A stretch of 64,000 nucleotides of DNA from an uncultured Thermomicrobiales bacterium (GCA_902806405.1 CADCWL010000011.1:16464-80463); one strand, 5' to 3'. Counted from the stretch's first letter, positions 16,919 to 26,955 are shown. Made by a program: numbers and translations. Notes: generated by a model not told the origin, from the letters alone.

Positions 16919-19570
16919 GTGGCCGAGCACGATCGCGTCTTCGAGCGGACGCTGACCAACGGTCTTCGGGTGTTCCTGCGGGAGGACCACGGCGCGCCGA
17001 TCGCCTCGTTCTGGACCTGGTACCGGGTCGGTAGCCGCGACGAGCCGCCCGGGCTGACCGGTGCCTCGCACTGGGTCGAGCACATGCAGTTCAAAGGGAC
17101 GCCGAACCTGGCCAAGGGGCAGATCTTCGGCGATGTCTCCCGCGTCGGCGGCAGCCTGAACGCTCTCACCTCACACGATTGGACCGCTTACTACGAGACC
17201 CTGCCGGTCGAACGGCTGGATCTCGCCATCGGCATCGAATCGGACCGAATGCTCAACTCGCTCTTCGACCCTGAAGAGACCGAGTCTGAGCGAACCGTCA
17301 TCCTTTCCGAGCGCCAAGGGGCGCGCAACAACCCGACTTACCTCCTCTACGAGGAGGTGGTCGGCGCCGCCTTCCGCGCCCACCCCTACCGGCACATGGT
17401 CATCGGTCACGAGTCCGATCTTCGAACCATGACCCGCGACGATCTCTACCACCACTACCGACGCTATTACCACCCGGGAAACGCATTCGTCGTCGCGGTC
17501 GGCGACTTCAGCGCGGAAGAACTTTTCGAGCGGATCGAGCGGGCATTCGCCCCATTGCCGGCCGGGGTGGCACCGCCGGTCGTCCGGGCGGTGGAGCCTG
17601 AGCCGGTCGCCGAGCGGCGGATCACGCTGCGTCGGCCGGCGCCGACCTCCTACCTCCGCATGGCTTATCGCACGCCGAACGCCCGCGACCCCGACACGGC
17701 GGCCCTCCTGGTCGCGGACGCGGTGCTCTCCGGCGGCAAGGCGCTCGGGCTGGGCGGGGGAGGGGCAATGGGCCGCTCGTCCCGTCTCTACCGAGCGCTC
17801 GTCGCCTCGGGACTGGCCCGGGGGGCCGGCAGCGACGTCGGCCTCTCGCTCGATCCCTATCTTCTGATGATCGGCGTCACGGCCCTGCCTGGGACCGATT
17901 CTGGCTCCATCGAGGCGACCGTCGATGAGGAGTTGGCGCGGCTCCGCAAGGAGGAGGTACCGGAGGAGGAGCTGCGACGCGCTCTTAAGCAGGTCCGGGC
18001 TCAATACGTCTACTCCGCGGAAGGGGTGACGAACCAGGCGTTCTGGCTCGGGCAGATGGAGATCGTGGACCGGCACGGCCGCGCCGACACCTTCGTCGAG
18101 GAACTGGAGCGGGTGACGGCGGAGGACGTGCAGCGGGTGGCGGGCAAGTACCTCGATCCAGCGGTGCGAACCGTCGGCTGGCTGCTGCCGGACGTTGCAG
18201 GGGACGGGGGGTCTGAGGTGGTGGGGGACACCACGACGATCTCTCCGGCCAACTTTGCCCCGTTCCACCGGTGGTCCTGGTCCGTGGGCCCGTCGGCCGC
18301 TTCGCCGCCGCGTGGGCGACCGCCGTTCGAGCGGGCCGTGCTGCCCAACCGCCTCGTCGTCCTCGGCCAGGCGCGGCCTGTGGAGCCGAGTGTGGTGGTC
18401 CGGTTCCGCCTCCACGCCGGAGCGGTGCACGACCCTGAGGGCCGTGACGGGCTGGCCGCCTTCGCGGCGCGGATGCTTCCCCGCGGGACGGAGGGTCGAT
18501 CCTTTGCCAGGTTGAACGAGACGACGGACGCCCTCGGCGCCTCCTTGAGCGTTGACGCCGGGCGACACTTCGTCGAGCTCGGGGTGCGGTGCCTCCGTGA
18601 GGACCTGCCGACGCTGCTCGACCTCGCCGCGGAGGTTCTGCGCCAGCCGCGCTTCCCCGAAGAGGAGATTGAGAAGGTCCGGAACGAGCTCCTGAGCGGC
18701 ATCCGTGAGGCCGACAACGACACTCGCTCCTCCGCCGACCGTGCGCTCCGCCGCCTCCTCTACCCAGCGCCCCACCCCTACGGACGGCGCACCGCGGGCG
18801 AGCTCCACACCGTCGCGGCCATCAACCGCGACGACCTCGTCGCGTTCCACAGGTCGCGCTACGGAGCAGCGGCGACCACGGTAGCGGTTGTGGGGGGAAT
18901 ACCCGACGTACCAACGGCGGTCGAGCTCGTCGCGAGCCGTTTCGGGGACTGGCTCGACGAACCGGCGCCGGCCGTGCCTATCGCACCGCCGCCCTCCCAG
19001 CCGGCCGGACAGCGCGCCGACGTCAGCATCCGGGGCAAAGCCCAAGCCGACATCGCCGTCGGCTTTCCAACCCTCTCGCGGGTCGATCCGGCCTACGATG
19101 CCTTCGATACCGCCAATTTGATCCTCGGTCGGCTCGGCCTCATGGGGAGGCTGGGTGACTCCGTCCGAGACCGTCAAGGCCTTGCTTATTACGCGTTCAG
19201 TCAGGTGGAGGCGGACCGGTCCGGGAGCCTCTGGGTGAGCCGCGCCGGAGTCGACCCCGACAACGTCGAGCGGGCCGTAAGCAGCATCGGCTCGGAGGTG
19301 CGTCGACTTGGCAGCGAGCACGTGTCCGCGGAGGAACTGGCCGATGCCAAGAGCTACCTGACGGGTGTCCTGCCCCTTGCTTTGGAGAGCAACGGCGGCG
19401 TCGCGGCGACCCTTCTCTCCATCGAGCACTACGATCTCGGGCTCGACTACCTGGACCGCTACCCGCAGCGCATCGCGGCCCTATCGGCCGCCGATCTGCT
19501 CGCGGCGGTGCGTGCCCACCTCGACCCGGATCGCCTGGCAATTGCCGTCGCGGGCCCCCCCCGAGAGTAA
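16919..19570 (+). CDS. Double-length M16 (pitrilysin/insulinase) family zinc peptidase
   Basis: The inverted zinc motif HxxEH (HWVEH) lies in the N-terminal half. The second M16-like half lacks it. GTG start after AGGGAGAAAGGA. Confidence 0.85.
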   Translation: MAEHDRVFERTLTNGLRVFLREDHGAPIASFWTWYRVGSRDEPPGLTGASHWVEHMQFKGTPNLAKGQIFGDVSRVGGSLNALTSHDWTAYYETLPVERLDLAIGIESDRMLNSLFDPEETESERTVILSERQGARNNPTYLLYEEVVGAAFRAHPYRHMVIGHESDLRTMTRDDLYHHYRRYYHPGNAFVVAVGDFSAEELFERIERAFAPLPAGVAPPVVRAVEPEPVAERRITLRRPAPTSYLRMAYRTPNARDPDTAALLVADAVLSGGKALGLGGGGAMGRSSRLYRALVASGLARGAGSDVGLSLDPYLLMIGVTALPGTDSGSIEATVDEELARLRKEEVPEEELRRALKQVRAQYVYSAEGVTNQAFWLGQMEIVDRHGRADTFVEELERVTAEDVQRVAGKYLDPAVRTVGWLLPDVAGDGGSEVVGDTTTISPANFAPFHRWSWSVGPSAASPPRGRPPFERAVLPNRLVVLGQARPVEPSVVVRFRLHAGAVHDPEGRDGLAAFAARMLPRGTEGRSFARLNETTDALGASLSVDAGRHFVELGVRCLREDLPTLLDLAAEVLRQPRFPEEEIEKVRNELLSGIREADNDTRSSADRALRRLLYPAPHPYGRRTAGELHTVAAINRDDLVAFHRSRYGAAATTVAVVGGIPDVPTAVELVASRFGDWLDEPAPAVPIAPPPSQPAGQRADVSIRGKAQADIAVGFPTLSRVDPAYDAFDTANLILGRLGLMGRLGDSVRDRQGLAYYAFSQVEADRSGSLWVSRAGVDPDNVERAVSSIGSEVRRLGSEHVSAEELADAKSYLTGVLPLALESNGGVAATLLSIEHYDLGLDYLDRYPQRIAALSAADLLAAVRAHLDPDRLAIAVAGPPRE

Positions 19571-19698
19571 CGGGACGCGAGACAAGCTCATTGAGTCGCG
19601 CGCTCTGGGGCACGCATCACTCGCGATTGTTTAGGATTGAAGGAACGATACGGCCGAGAATAGACGATCGTTTGACCCGGTCCGACCCCGCTGCCGCT

Positions 19699-20037
19699 TT
19701 ACCGCGTCACTTCCGCCTGCGCCAACTCGGCCGCCACGATCGGTTTCAGATAGACCAAATATTCGTTCAAGCCAACCTTCAGCACCCGGTTCACAAGATA
19801 GCGGGTGTGGTGGATGCGGTCCTGATAGACGCCGCCTGCCCGGAATCTCCCCATCCGCATCTCGCGCGCGGTCTTCGCGATCAGCTCGTAGGTCGTCTTC
19901 CCGCATCCGTCGCACGTGTAGTACTGGTCGACCTCGTCGGTCGGGCCGGTGTACCCCCGTTGGACGAGCCGCGTCGCGGCGCTCCCGCACCAGGGACAGG
20001 GCCGATCGGGTTGGAACGCTTGCGATGCCTCTCCCAC
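19699..20037 (-). CDS. Small zinc-ribbon protein, function unknown (112 aa)
   Basis: CPWCG...x25...CDGCG four-cysteine ribbon. I trimmed the start to GTG 20037, which follows GGGGAG. The C-terminal part is conserved-looking and non-low-complexity. Confidence 0.55.
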   Translation of the reverse strand: MGEASQAFQPDRPCPWCGSAATRLVQRGYTGPTDEVDQYYTCDGCGKTTYELIAKTAREMRMGRFRAGGVYQDRIHHTRYLVNRVLKVGLNEYLVYLKPIVAAELAQAEVTR

Positions 20038-20294
20038 CTTCGGCTCCCCTTCGCCCCCGCCGCCCCACCCCGGGACCCGCGCTTCACGCGCAGCATTGTA
20101 CCAGGATGTCAACGTACCGGCCCCGGTACCCGGCACGGACGGGTGACGTCGCCGAGCCGCCGGGGCCGCGCGTCGCGGTAGGGCTAGGCCGCATAATGCG
20201 GACGTCGACGGGGATGTCGGTGCCATCTCGGCGGCCGTCCAACGGCAACGACGGGGCCGGTGCTCGACACACCGGCAGCAAGGAGGCACGAGTC

Positions 20295-21923
20295 ATGGCC
20301 ATGCAGGCAGCCGATTCAGGACCTCGGCACCCGGAGCGGACCCAGGAGCAGATCGACGCGTTCCTGGCCGAACGGACACTGATCGTGGCCTCCAACCGGG
20401 GGCCGGTCACCTTCTCCGCCGAGGACGACGGCACCTTCTCCGCGCGGAAAGGGAGCGGTGGCGTCGTCACCGCGGTGGCGGCCATTGCCCGCGAGCAGAA
20501 ACCGATCTGGATTGCCGCGGCGATGACCGACGGGGACCGCGCCCGTGCCGAGATTGCCGAGCGCCGCGGCGAAGCACTGATCGGCTTTGGGGCCGACTCG
20601 GAGTTCCGGCTCCGCTTCGTCGTCCCCTCGGCCGCCAGCTACCACCAGTACTACAACGTCATCAGCAATCCGCTCCTCTGGTTCCTGCAACACTACCTCT
20701 GGGACACGCCGCGGACGCCCGACATCACCGCCGAGACGTGGGAGGCGTGGCACGACGGCTACGTCGCGGTCAACCGGCTCTTCGCCGACGAGATCCTGGC
20801 CGCGTGCGAGCAGTGCGAAGACCAACCGGTCGTCATGCTCCAGGATTACCAGCTCTACCTCTGCGGCGGCTTTATCCGCGAGCGCAATCCGAACGCCATC
20901 CTTCAGCATTTCGTCCACATCCCGTGGCCCGACCCCGATTACTGGCGCCTGCTCCCGCTGGCGATGCGACGGGCGATCTGCGAAGGGATGCTTGGCAACG
21001 ACGTCGTCGGCTTCCAGACGCCGGAGCACGCGCGCTCGTTCATGTACACCTGCGAGGCCTACGTTCCCGGTGCCTCGATCGACTACGTCAACCTCGAGAT
21101 CGCCTGGCGGGGCCGCACAATTGAAGTCCGCTCCTACCCGATCTCGATCGACACCGAGGCGGTCCGCGCCGCGGCCTACAGCAAAGAGGCTCGCTCGCAC
21201 GACCGGTACCTACCGAACCACTGGAACGAGTTCACCGTGCTCCGCGTCGACCGGGCGGAGCCGAGCAAGAACATCGTCCGCGGCTTCCTCGCCTTCGACA
21301 GGTTTCTGGAGGCCCACGAGGAGTTCCAGGGTCGGGTCAACTTCGTGGCGATCACCGTCCCCTCGCGGATGGACGTCCACGAGTACCAGGACTACCTCGA
21401 CGACGTCAGCGCCGCGGTCGGCCGCATCAACGCGCGCTATGCAAACGTGGAGACCGGCTGGCAGCCGATCCACGTCATCATGGGGGAGAACTACGCGCGG
21501 GCCCTGGCGGCGATGAAGTGGTACGACGTGCTGCTCGTCAACTCGATCATCGATGGCATGAACCTGGTCGCCAAGGAAGGGGCGCTCCTCAACGAGCGCA
21601 ACGGTGTCCTGATCATCTCCGAGGGAGCGGGGGCCGTCACCCAGCTCGGCGAGCATTCGCTGATCATCGCCCCGACGGACGTGGAGGGGACCGCCGACGC
21701 GCTCTTTGAGGCCCTGACGATGCCGCTCCCCGAGCGCCGCCGCCGGGCCGAAGGACTTCGCCGCGCCGTCGAAGAGGACGACGTGGCCGCCTGGTTCCGG
21801 CGTCAGCTGGCAGACATCGTCCGCTACGCCTCTCCCGACGAGCGCGGCTCCGCCGCCCCGAATGAGGACGACGGTGCGCGACCGCGTATTGTCTCCCTTC
21901 CGATTTCTGCCCAGACGGATTGA
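20295..21923 (+). CDS. Glycosyltransferase family 20 sugar-phosphate synthase (trehalose-6-phosphate / glucosylglycerol-phosphate synthase-like)
   Basis: GT20 hallmarks SNRGPV and NPLLWFLQHYLW. I trimmed the start to ATG 20295, with AGGAGG 8 nt upstream. Confidence 0.8.
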   Translation: MAMQAADSGPRHPERTQEQIDAFLAERTLIVASNRGPVTFSAEDDGTFSARKGSGGVVTAVAAIAREQKPIWIAAAMTDGDRARAEIAERRGEALIGFGADSEFRLRFVVPSAASYHQYYNVISNPLLWFLQHYLWDTPRTPDITAETWEAWHDGYVAVNRLFADEILAACEQCEDQPVVMLQDYQLYLCGGFIRERNPNAILQHFVHIPWPDPDYWRLLPLAMRRAICEGMLGNDVVGFQTPEHARSFMYTCEAYVPGASIDYVNLEIAWRGRTIEVRSYPISIDTEAVRAAAYSKEARSHDRYLPNHWNEFTVLRVDRAEPSKNIVRGFLAFDRFLEAHEEFQGRVNFVAITVPSRMDVHEYQDYLDDVSAAVGRINARYANVETGWQPIHVIMGENYARALAAMKWYDVLLVNSIIDGMNLVAKEGALLNERNGVLIISEGAGAVTQLGEHSLIIAPTDVEGTADALFEALTMPLPERRRRAEGLRRAVEEDDVAAWFRRQLADIVRYASPDERGSAAPNEDDGARPRIVSLPISAQTD

Positions 21924-22108
21924 CGCATGGGTGGGGGGGAACCGGGCCCGACCCGATCGGCACCATACGTTCAACGGAACGCTGCTCGGTGGCCCCCGAC
22001 AATTTCCGTCACCATCCGTATCCAGTTCGAGCGGCCCGCGCTGCCAGAGGGATTGCCAACCGCAAGACCCACGGCGCGACCGAGATCACCCGAGGCGATC
22101 GATCGTCA

Positions 22109-23059
22109 CTAGACCCCAAGTTGCGGGTTGTTCGACCCGATCATTCGGCGCACCTCCTCCCGACGAGGAAACGCGTCGTAGGCTCCGGCCTTCGTCACGG
22201 CGAGGGCGCCGGCAGCGTTGCCGTCTAGGACCGATTCTTCGAGGTCGGCTCCGCTTGCCAACGAGGCGGCTACGGCGCCCGCGAAGGCATCCCCCGCCCC
22301 GATCGTGTCGACCACCGGTACGCGCCAGGCCGGATATCGGTGCGCGTGACCGCCCTCAAGTAGGACAACACCGTCCCCACCGAGGGTGACGACGACGGTG
22401 GGAACGCCGAGGCCGGACACCAGGCGTCGCCCAGCACTGACCACATCGTTGGCATCGCGGGCGGCCCTCCCGCTCAGCATCTCGGCCTCCCCTTGATTCA
22501 CGATAAGGAGGTCGACGTCGCGCCAAACGGCCTCCGGCAGAAGGTGGGGCGCCGCGGGTGCCGGGGCCGCGTTCAGGATTACGGTTGCACCCGCCGCGTG
22601 TCCCATCGAGATCGCGGTGGCCACGGTCGCTGGATCGATCTCAAGCTGGAGGAGCAGGACATCCGCCACGTCGAAAGCGTGCCGCGCTGCTTCCAGGTGC
22701 CCGCGATCGAGGCGCCCGGCAGCCCCGGGCACGACCACGGATGCGTAATCGCCGTCCTCGCCCGTGATCACCATGCTCGAACCCGTCGGTGCCTCGGGGT
22801 CCTCTGACAGATGGTCCGTTGCCACGCCTTTGGTCCGCAGAGCATTGCGCAGCCGTTCGCCGAACGCGTCCCGTCCGACCCGACCGATAAACGTCGAGGC
22901 GACGCCAAACAGCGCCGCCTGGACCGCCTGATTCCCGCCCTTGCCGCCGGGGTGGGCGGCAAAATGGGTGCCAAGCAACGTCTCTCCCCGACGCGGCAGC
23001 CGTGCGGCCCTCGCGACCAGGTCGACGTGGACGCTCCCAACGACGACGACGGACGGCAC
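22109..23059 (-). CDS. rbsK: Ribokinase
   Basis: The N-terminus VVVGSVHVDLV..LPRRGETL...GGKGGNQA and the C-terminal DTIGAGDAF motif are both present. The GTG start lies 3 nt after the upstream stop codon. Confidence 0.85.
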   Translation of the reverse strand: MPSVVVVGSVHVDLVARAARLPRRGETLLGTHFAAHPGGKGGNQAVQAALFGVASTFIGRVGRDAFGERLRNALRTKGVATDHLSEDPEAPTGSSMVITGEDGDYASVVVPGAAGRLDRGHLEAARHAFDVADVLLLQLEIDPATVATAISMGHAAGATVILNAAPAPAAPHLLPEAVWRDVDLLIVNQGEAEMLSGRAARDANDVVSAGRRLVSGLGVPTVVVTLGGDGVVLLEGGHAHRYPAWRVPVVDTIGAGDAFAGAVAASLASGADLEESVLDGNAAGALAVTKAGAYDAFPRREEVRRMIGSNNPQLGV

Positions 23060-23062
23060 CGG

Positions 23063-24067
23063 TCAGGCATCCTCTCCGGGCGAGGCCGCCGCGTCCAGGA
23101 TACGGCGCACCGCGACAGCGTCGTGCGCCGACCGCGCTCGCGCGAGTCCCGTTCGGTCGAGCCGATCGAGAATCCTCATGAACCGACGCACGGTGCCGAC
23201 ATTGGCAGCGCACTCGGCCACCGGATCTTCGCGTAGCGGGAAGGTGTCGAAGTAGAGGATGCCCCCGTATCCGCCATCGGTGAGCACCGCCAGCAGGTCC
23301 AGGGTTTCCCAGGGGTGAACGCTTCCGACCATTAGGCCGTCGTCCGCCGTCCCGTAGCCGTCGTTGAGATGGACGCCGAACAGCCGTCCCTCGCGCAGGG
23401 CCATCGCCGCCGCCGCTGCCGGCGACTCCCCCGTCATCAGGCCGTGGCAGACATCGAGCGTCACCCCGAAGTTCGGCAGGTCGACATCGCGTACCGCCAG
23501 CAACGCCTCACCCATCGACCGGATCAACGAGATGCGGCGCGGCTCGTTCGGCTTGTACTCGACGCTGACACGCACGGCCGGACTGTGGGCCGCCACCCGC
23601 CGAAAGCCGTCGATTTCCGCCGCCCACAATCGATCGTAGTCGACCTGGAAGGGGTAGTCGAAGCCGTCGGTCGCCATCCAGAGAACGACGTGGCCGGCCC
23701 TCAGTCTCTCGGCAAGCTGCACCGCTTCGAGCGCGAGACGCACGGCGGCCTCCCGCGTCGCCGCCCGGGGACTGGTGAATGCGCCATCGGCGAAGGCGAC
23801 ACCTTCGTAGCGAAGGTTGAGCCCCGTGAGCGGCAAGTCGACTTCAGCCAGGATTTCCACCAACCGCTTCTCGCCGACGGCCTCGACGTGCTGCGGGTAG
23901 TTGAGCTCCAGAGCGGTGAGACCGGGCACGCTTGCTGCGCGGTGGATCGCCGTCGCCACGTCGGCGCCGTCGGTTCGGAAAGAGTTCAGACGCGCGGCGA
24001 GCGGGTACTTCGCGGTCCCTGGGCTGTCCGCGCTGAAGCGGGGCCGACCCGTCGACGCCACACTCAT
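23063..24067 (-). CDS. Sugar phosphate isomerase/epimerase (xylose isomerase-like TIM barrel)
   Basis: Length and sequence pattern fit the AP-endonuclease-2 / TIM-barrel family. It is co-oriented with and coupled to rbsK. RBS GGAGGGG. Confidence 0.7.
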   Translation of the reverse strand: MSVASTGRPRFSADSPGTAKYPLAARLNSFRTDGADVATAIHRAASVPGLTALELNYPQHVEAVGEKRLVEILAEVDLPLTGLNLRYEGVAFADGAFTSPRAATREAAVRLALEAVQLAERLRAGHVVLWMATDGFDYPFQVDYDRLWAAEIDGFRRVAAHSPAVRVSVEYKPNEPRRISLIRSMGEALLAVRDVDLPNFGVTLDVCHGLMTGESPAAAAAMALREGRLFGVHLNDGYGTADDGLMVGSVHPWETLDLLAVLTDGGYGGILYFDTFPLREDPVAECAANVGTVRRFMRILDRLDRTGLARARSAHDAVAVRRILDAAASPGEDA

Positions 24068-24143
24068 GCCCCTCCATTCCGAATCGGCGCCGACCGGTGC
24101 GGCGGCGGGTGATTCTCGCGAACGGGACCGCCAGCGGACCCTA

Positions 24144-24172
24144 TTGACACCCTCCGTATCGGCCTCGATAGT
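24144..24172 (+). promoter_or_regulatory. Sigma70-like promoter of the CUT1 ABC transporter operon
   Basis: TTGACA (24144-24149), a 17-nt spacer, then GATAGT (24167-24172). Immediately downstream is the inverted repeat ACCAAA-n5-TTTGGT (24173-24189). Confidence 0.45.
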
Positions 24173-24252
24173 ACCAAACCCGTTTTGGTCGGGCGGCGAG
24201 GCATGGCGGGGCGGCGAGATGGCGCCCGACGCTTCAGGAGGAACTGCAGGCG

Positions 24253-25869
24253 ATGGCAGAAGTTCACAGGAACCGATCGCATGCGCTCTCCCGCTCCGTC
24301 TCGCGACGCTCGATCGTGAAGGCGGCCGCTGGCGCCGCCGCGTTCTCGGCCGTCGGGCTCCCCGGCAAGGCCTACCGGCGCGCGCTCGCGCAGGACGACC
24401 CCCGGGCCCGTCTGCTCGCGACCAGCGATCCCGAGGAGGCGGGGACGATCGCCCTCCGCACCCAGGTTCCCAGAGGCGCCTTCCAAGGGCAGACGGTCCG
24501 CTTTCAGGGGTTGAGCAACGCCAACTTCCACGTCAATGTCTTCCGCCCGCTCTCCCGGGCCTGGGAAGAGCATACCGGGGCAACGGTCGAATGGATCGAG
24601 GTGACGCAGGCGGATAGCTACCCCCGCATGTCGCAGGCGCTGGCCTCGAACACCGTCAACTTCGATATCCTCGAAGCGAGCGGCGGGTGGGAAGGGGATC
24701 TGCTCGGCGGCGGACATTGCCTGCCGATGCCGGACGCGGTCCGCAACGACCCCGGCTACGCCTTCGACGACATCGTCCCCTACCTCCAAACGCCGACCCG
24801 GACCTGGGACGGCATGCTCTACGGCGCCTCCATCGACGGCGACATGCACCACTTCAACTACCGCAAGGACGTCTTCGCCGACGCTGATCTGGCGGCCGAG
24901 TGGACGGCCTCCGGCGGCCAGGGAGCGTTTGGCCCTCCCCAGACGTGGCAGCAGGTCCAGGCCTATAGCCAGTTCTTCGCCGGCAAGCAGTTCGAAGGTC
25001 AGCCCGTCTACGGCATCCTCGACTCCTTCCGCGTGGACAACACGAGCCAGTACTTTTTCCACAGCCGTGCAAGCGCCTACGGTAAGCACCCGGACGATCC
25101 GGCCTTCTTCTTCGACCTCGACATGACTCCGCGGATCAACTCTCCCGCCTTCGTCCGCGCGCTCGAGGAGATGATCGCGGGGCTCGAGTACGCACCCACC
25201 GACCAGCAAAACGCCGATCTCCTGCAGAATCTCGGCAATTTCCTGGCCGGCACGGGCACGATGTGCCACTGGTGGGCCGACGTTGGCTCGAACGTGAACA
25301 CCAGCGCCGACAGCCTCGTCCAAGGCAAGGTCGGTTACGCCACCCTGCCGAGCTCACCCGATGTCTACAATGCGCAGACAAAGCAATGGGACACGCTGCC
25401 ACAGCCGAACAAAGCGCCGTACCTTGCGTTCCTCGGCTGGGGTCTCTACGTGATGAAAGCCGCCGAGGCGGAAGGTGTGGTCGACGCCTCGTGGGATCTC
25501 GTGTCCCACCTGTCCGGTCGTGACGTCTCGGCGTGGATGAACATCTACCCGTCGGGGATGAACCCCTGGCGGGAGAGCCATTTCCAGGCGCCGGAGTGGG
25601 AGGCCAGCGGCTTCCCGGTCGCCGAAGCGGAGGAGTACCTCGCCTCGATCCGCGACTCTTACAACCACCCGAACCGGATCGTGGACCTCCGCATCCCGGG
25701 CGTCGGACAGTACTGGGGCGCCGCCGAAGCGGAGTGGACCCGCGCCGTGGGCGGCGAGGTCACGGCGCAAGAGGCGCTCGATGCCGCGGCTCTACGGTGG
25801 AACGAGATCACCGACACACTCGGACGGGAGCGGCAGATCGAGCTCTACCGGGCATCGCTCGGGGTATAA
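24253..25869 (+). CDS. ABC transporter extracellular solute-binding protein (family 1, carbohydrate type)
   Basis: Tat-like signal SRRSIVKAAAGAAAFSAV. The protein is 538 aa and is followed by two MalF/MalG-type permeases. Confidence 0.8.
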   Translation: MAEVHRNRSHALSRSVSRRSIVKAAAGAAAFSAVGLPGKAYRRALAQDDPRARLLATSDPEEAGTIALRTQVPRGAFQGQTVRFQGLSNANFHVNVFRPLSRAWEEHTGATVEWIEVTQADSYPRMSQALASNTVNFDILEASGGWEGDLLGGGHCLPMPDAVRNDPGYAFDDIVPYLQTPTRTWDGMLYGASIDGDMHHFNYRKDVFADADLAAEWTASGGQGAFGPPQTWQQVQAYSQFFAGKQFEGQPVYGILDSFRVDNTSQYFFHSRASAYGKHPDDPAFFFDLDMTPRINSPAFVRALEEMIAGLEYAPTDQQNADLLQNLGNFLAGTGTMCHWWADVGSNVNTSADSLVQGKVGYATLPSSPDVYNAQTKQWDTLPQPNKAPYLAFLGWGLYVMKAAEAEGVVDASWDLVSHLSGRDVSAWMNIYPSGMNPWRESHFQAPEWEASGFPVAEAEEYLASIRDSYNHPNRIVDLRIPGVGQYWGAAEAEWTRAVGGEVTAQEALDAAALRWNEITDTLGRERQIELYRASLGV

Positions 25870-25893
25870 GTCCCGCCGTCATGGGCGTCCGCC

Positions 25894-25924
25894 GCGACCG
25901 GGGCGCGCGTAGCACCCCGGTCGC
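25894..25924 (+). other. Intercistronic stem-loop after the binding-protein gene
   Basis: GCGACCGGGG (25894-25903) pairs perfectly with CCCCGGTCGC (25915-25924), leaving an 11-nt loop. Confidence 0.45.
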
Positions 25925-25969
25925 AGCGCGGTCATGTTGTCTAGGGCCTTTAAAGGCGGTGCGGAGTCG

Positions 25970-26917
25970 ATGACGGATCGCGCATTCGGGCAGGGGAGTT
26001 CCATAGTCGCCCCGGCGGCTCGGCCCGGCAAGCGGCCGGGAATGAACCAGGGGTGGCAACGCCGGCTCTTCCTGCTTCCGGCGGTCATCCTGACGCTCGC
26101 CTTCGTCATCTTTCCCACGCTGTTCGGTCTGTACGTGAGCTTCACCGACTGGCAACTCAACGATCCGGCCGGACGGGTATTCAACGGCCTCGACAATTTT
26201 CGGGGTATCGCCGGAGATGGGCGTTTCTGGAACGCGCTCCGGAACAACTTCGTCTTCGTCGGCATCGGCATCCCGCTCCAGTACGTCGTCGCCCTCGGTC
26301 TCGCCTTGCTCCTCAATCAAGAGATTCGCGGCCGCAAGTTCTTCCGCGTGGTTTTCCTCCTCCCGTTCATGATGAGCCCGGTCGCCGCCGGTTGGATGAT
26401 CGGGCGGTCATTGATGGACGCCCAGCGGGGACCACTCCCGGAGCTTCTTCGCTGGCTTGGCTTCGAGAACGTGTCGTTCTTCGAAACCGGCGCGCGAGCG
26501 GTCGCGTCGCTCCTCCTGATCGACTCCTGGTACTCCATCCCGTTCCTATTGGTCATGCTCCTGGCCGGGCTCCAGGCGCTGCCGCCGGAGGTGATGGAGG
26601 CGGCGCGGATCGACGGCGCCACAGGGTGGCAGATGTTCCGGGACATGACGTTCCCGCTGCTGCTCCCGATCAGCCTGACGGCGGTCGTTCTTCGCGCCGT
26701 CTTCGAATTCAAGCTGATCGACATCATCCTCGTCGTCACCGGCGGCGGGCCGGGGAACGCGACCGAAACACTGACCACCTACATCTACCGCCGAGGCGTC
26801 CAGAACGTCGATGTCGGGTACGCCACGGCGATGTCCCAGGTGTTCCTGTTGGTGGTCATCGCGACGATAACCCTCATCCTGGCGACCGTCGGTCGACGCG
26901 TCCGCGAAGTCATGTAG
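25970..26917 (+). CDS. Carbohydrate ABC transporter permease (MalF/UgpA-like)
   Basis: EAA-loop motif EAARIDGATGWQMFRDMTFPLL. The start is uncertain among ATG 25934, 25970 and 26042; only 25970 has GGAG 5 nt upstream. Confidence 0.8.
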   Translation: MTDRAFGQGSSIVAPAARPGKRPGMNQGWQRRLFLLPAVILTLAFVIFPTLFGLYVSFTDWQLNDPAGRVFNGLDNFRGIAGDGRFWNALRNNFVFVGIGIPLQYVVALGLALLLNQEIRGRKFFRVVFLLPFMMSPVAAGWMIGRSLMDAQRGPLPELLRWLGFENVSFFETGARAVASLLLIDSWYSIPFLLVMLLAGLQALPPEVMEAARIDGATGWQMFRDMTFPLLLPISLTAVVLRAVFEFKLIDIILVVTGGGPGNATETLTTYIYRRGVQNVDVGYATAMSQVFLLVVIATITLILATVGRRVREVM

Positions 26918-26955
26918 GGGGCTTCGCTCTCCCATCGGGTCCGGTACGGCCCGCG

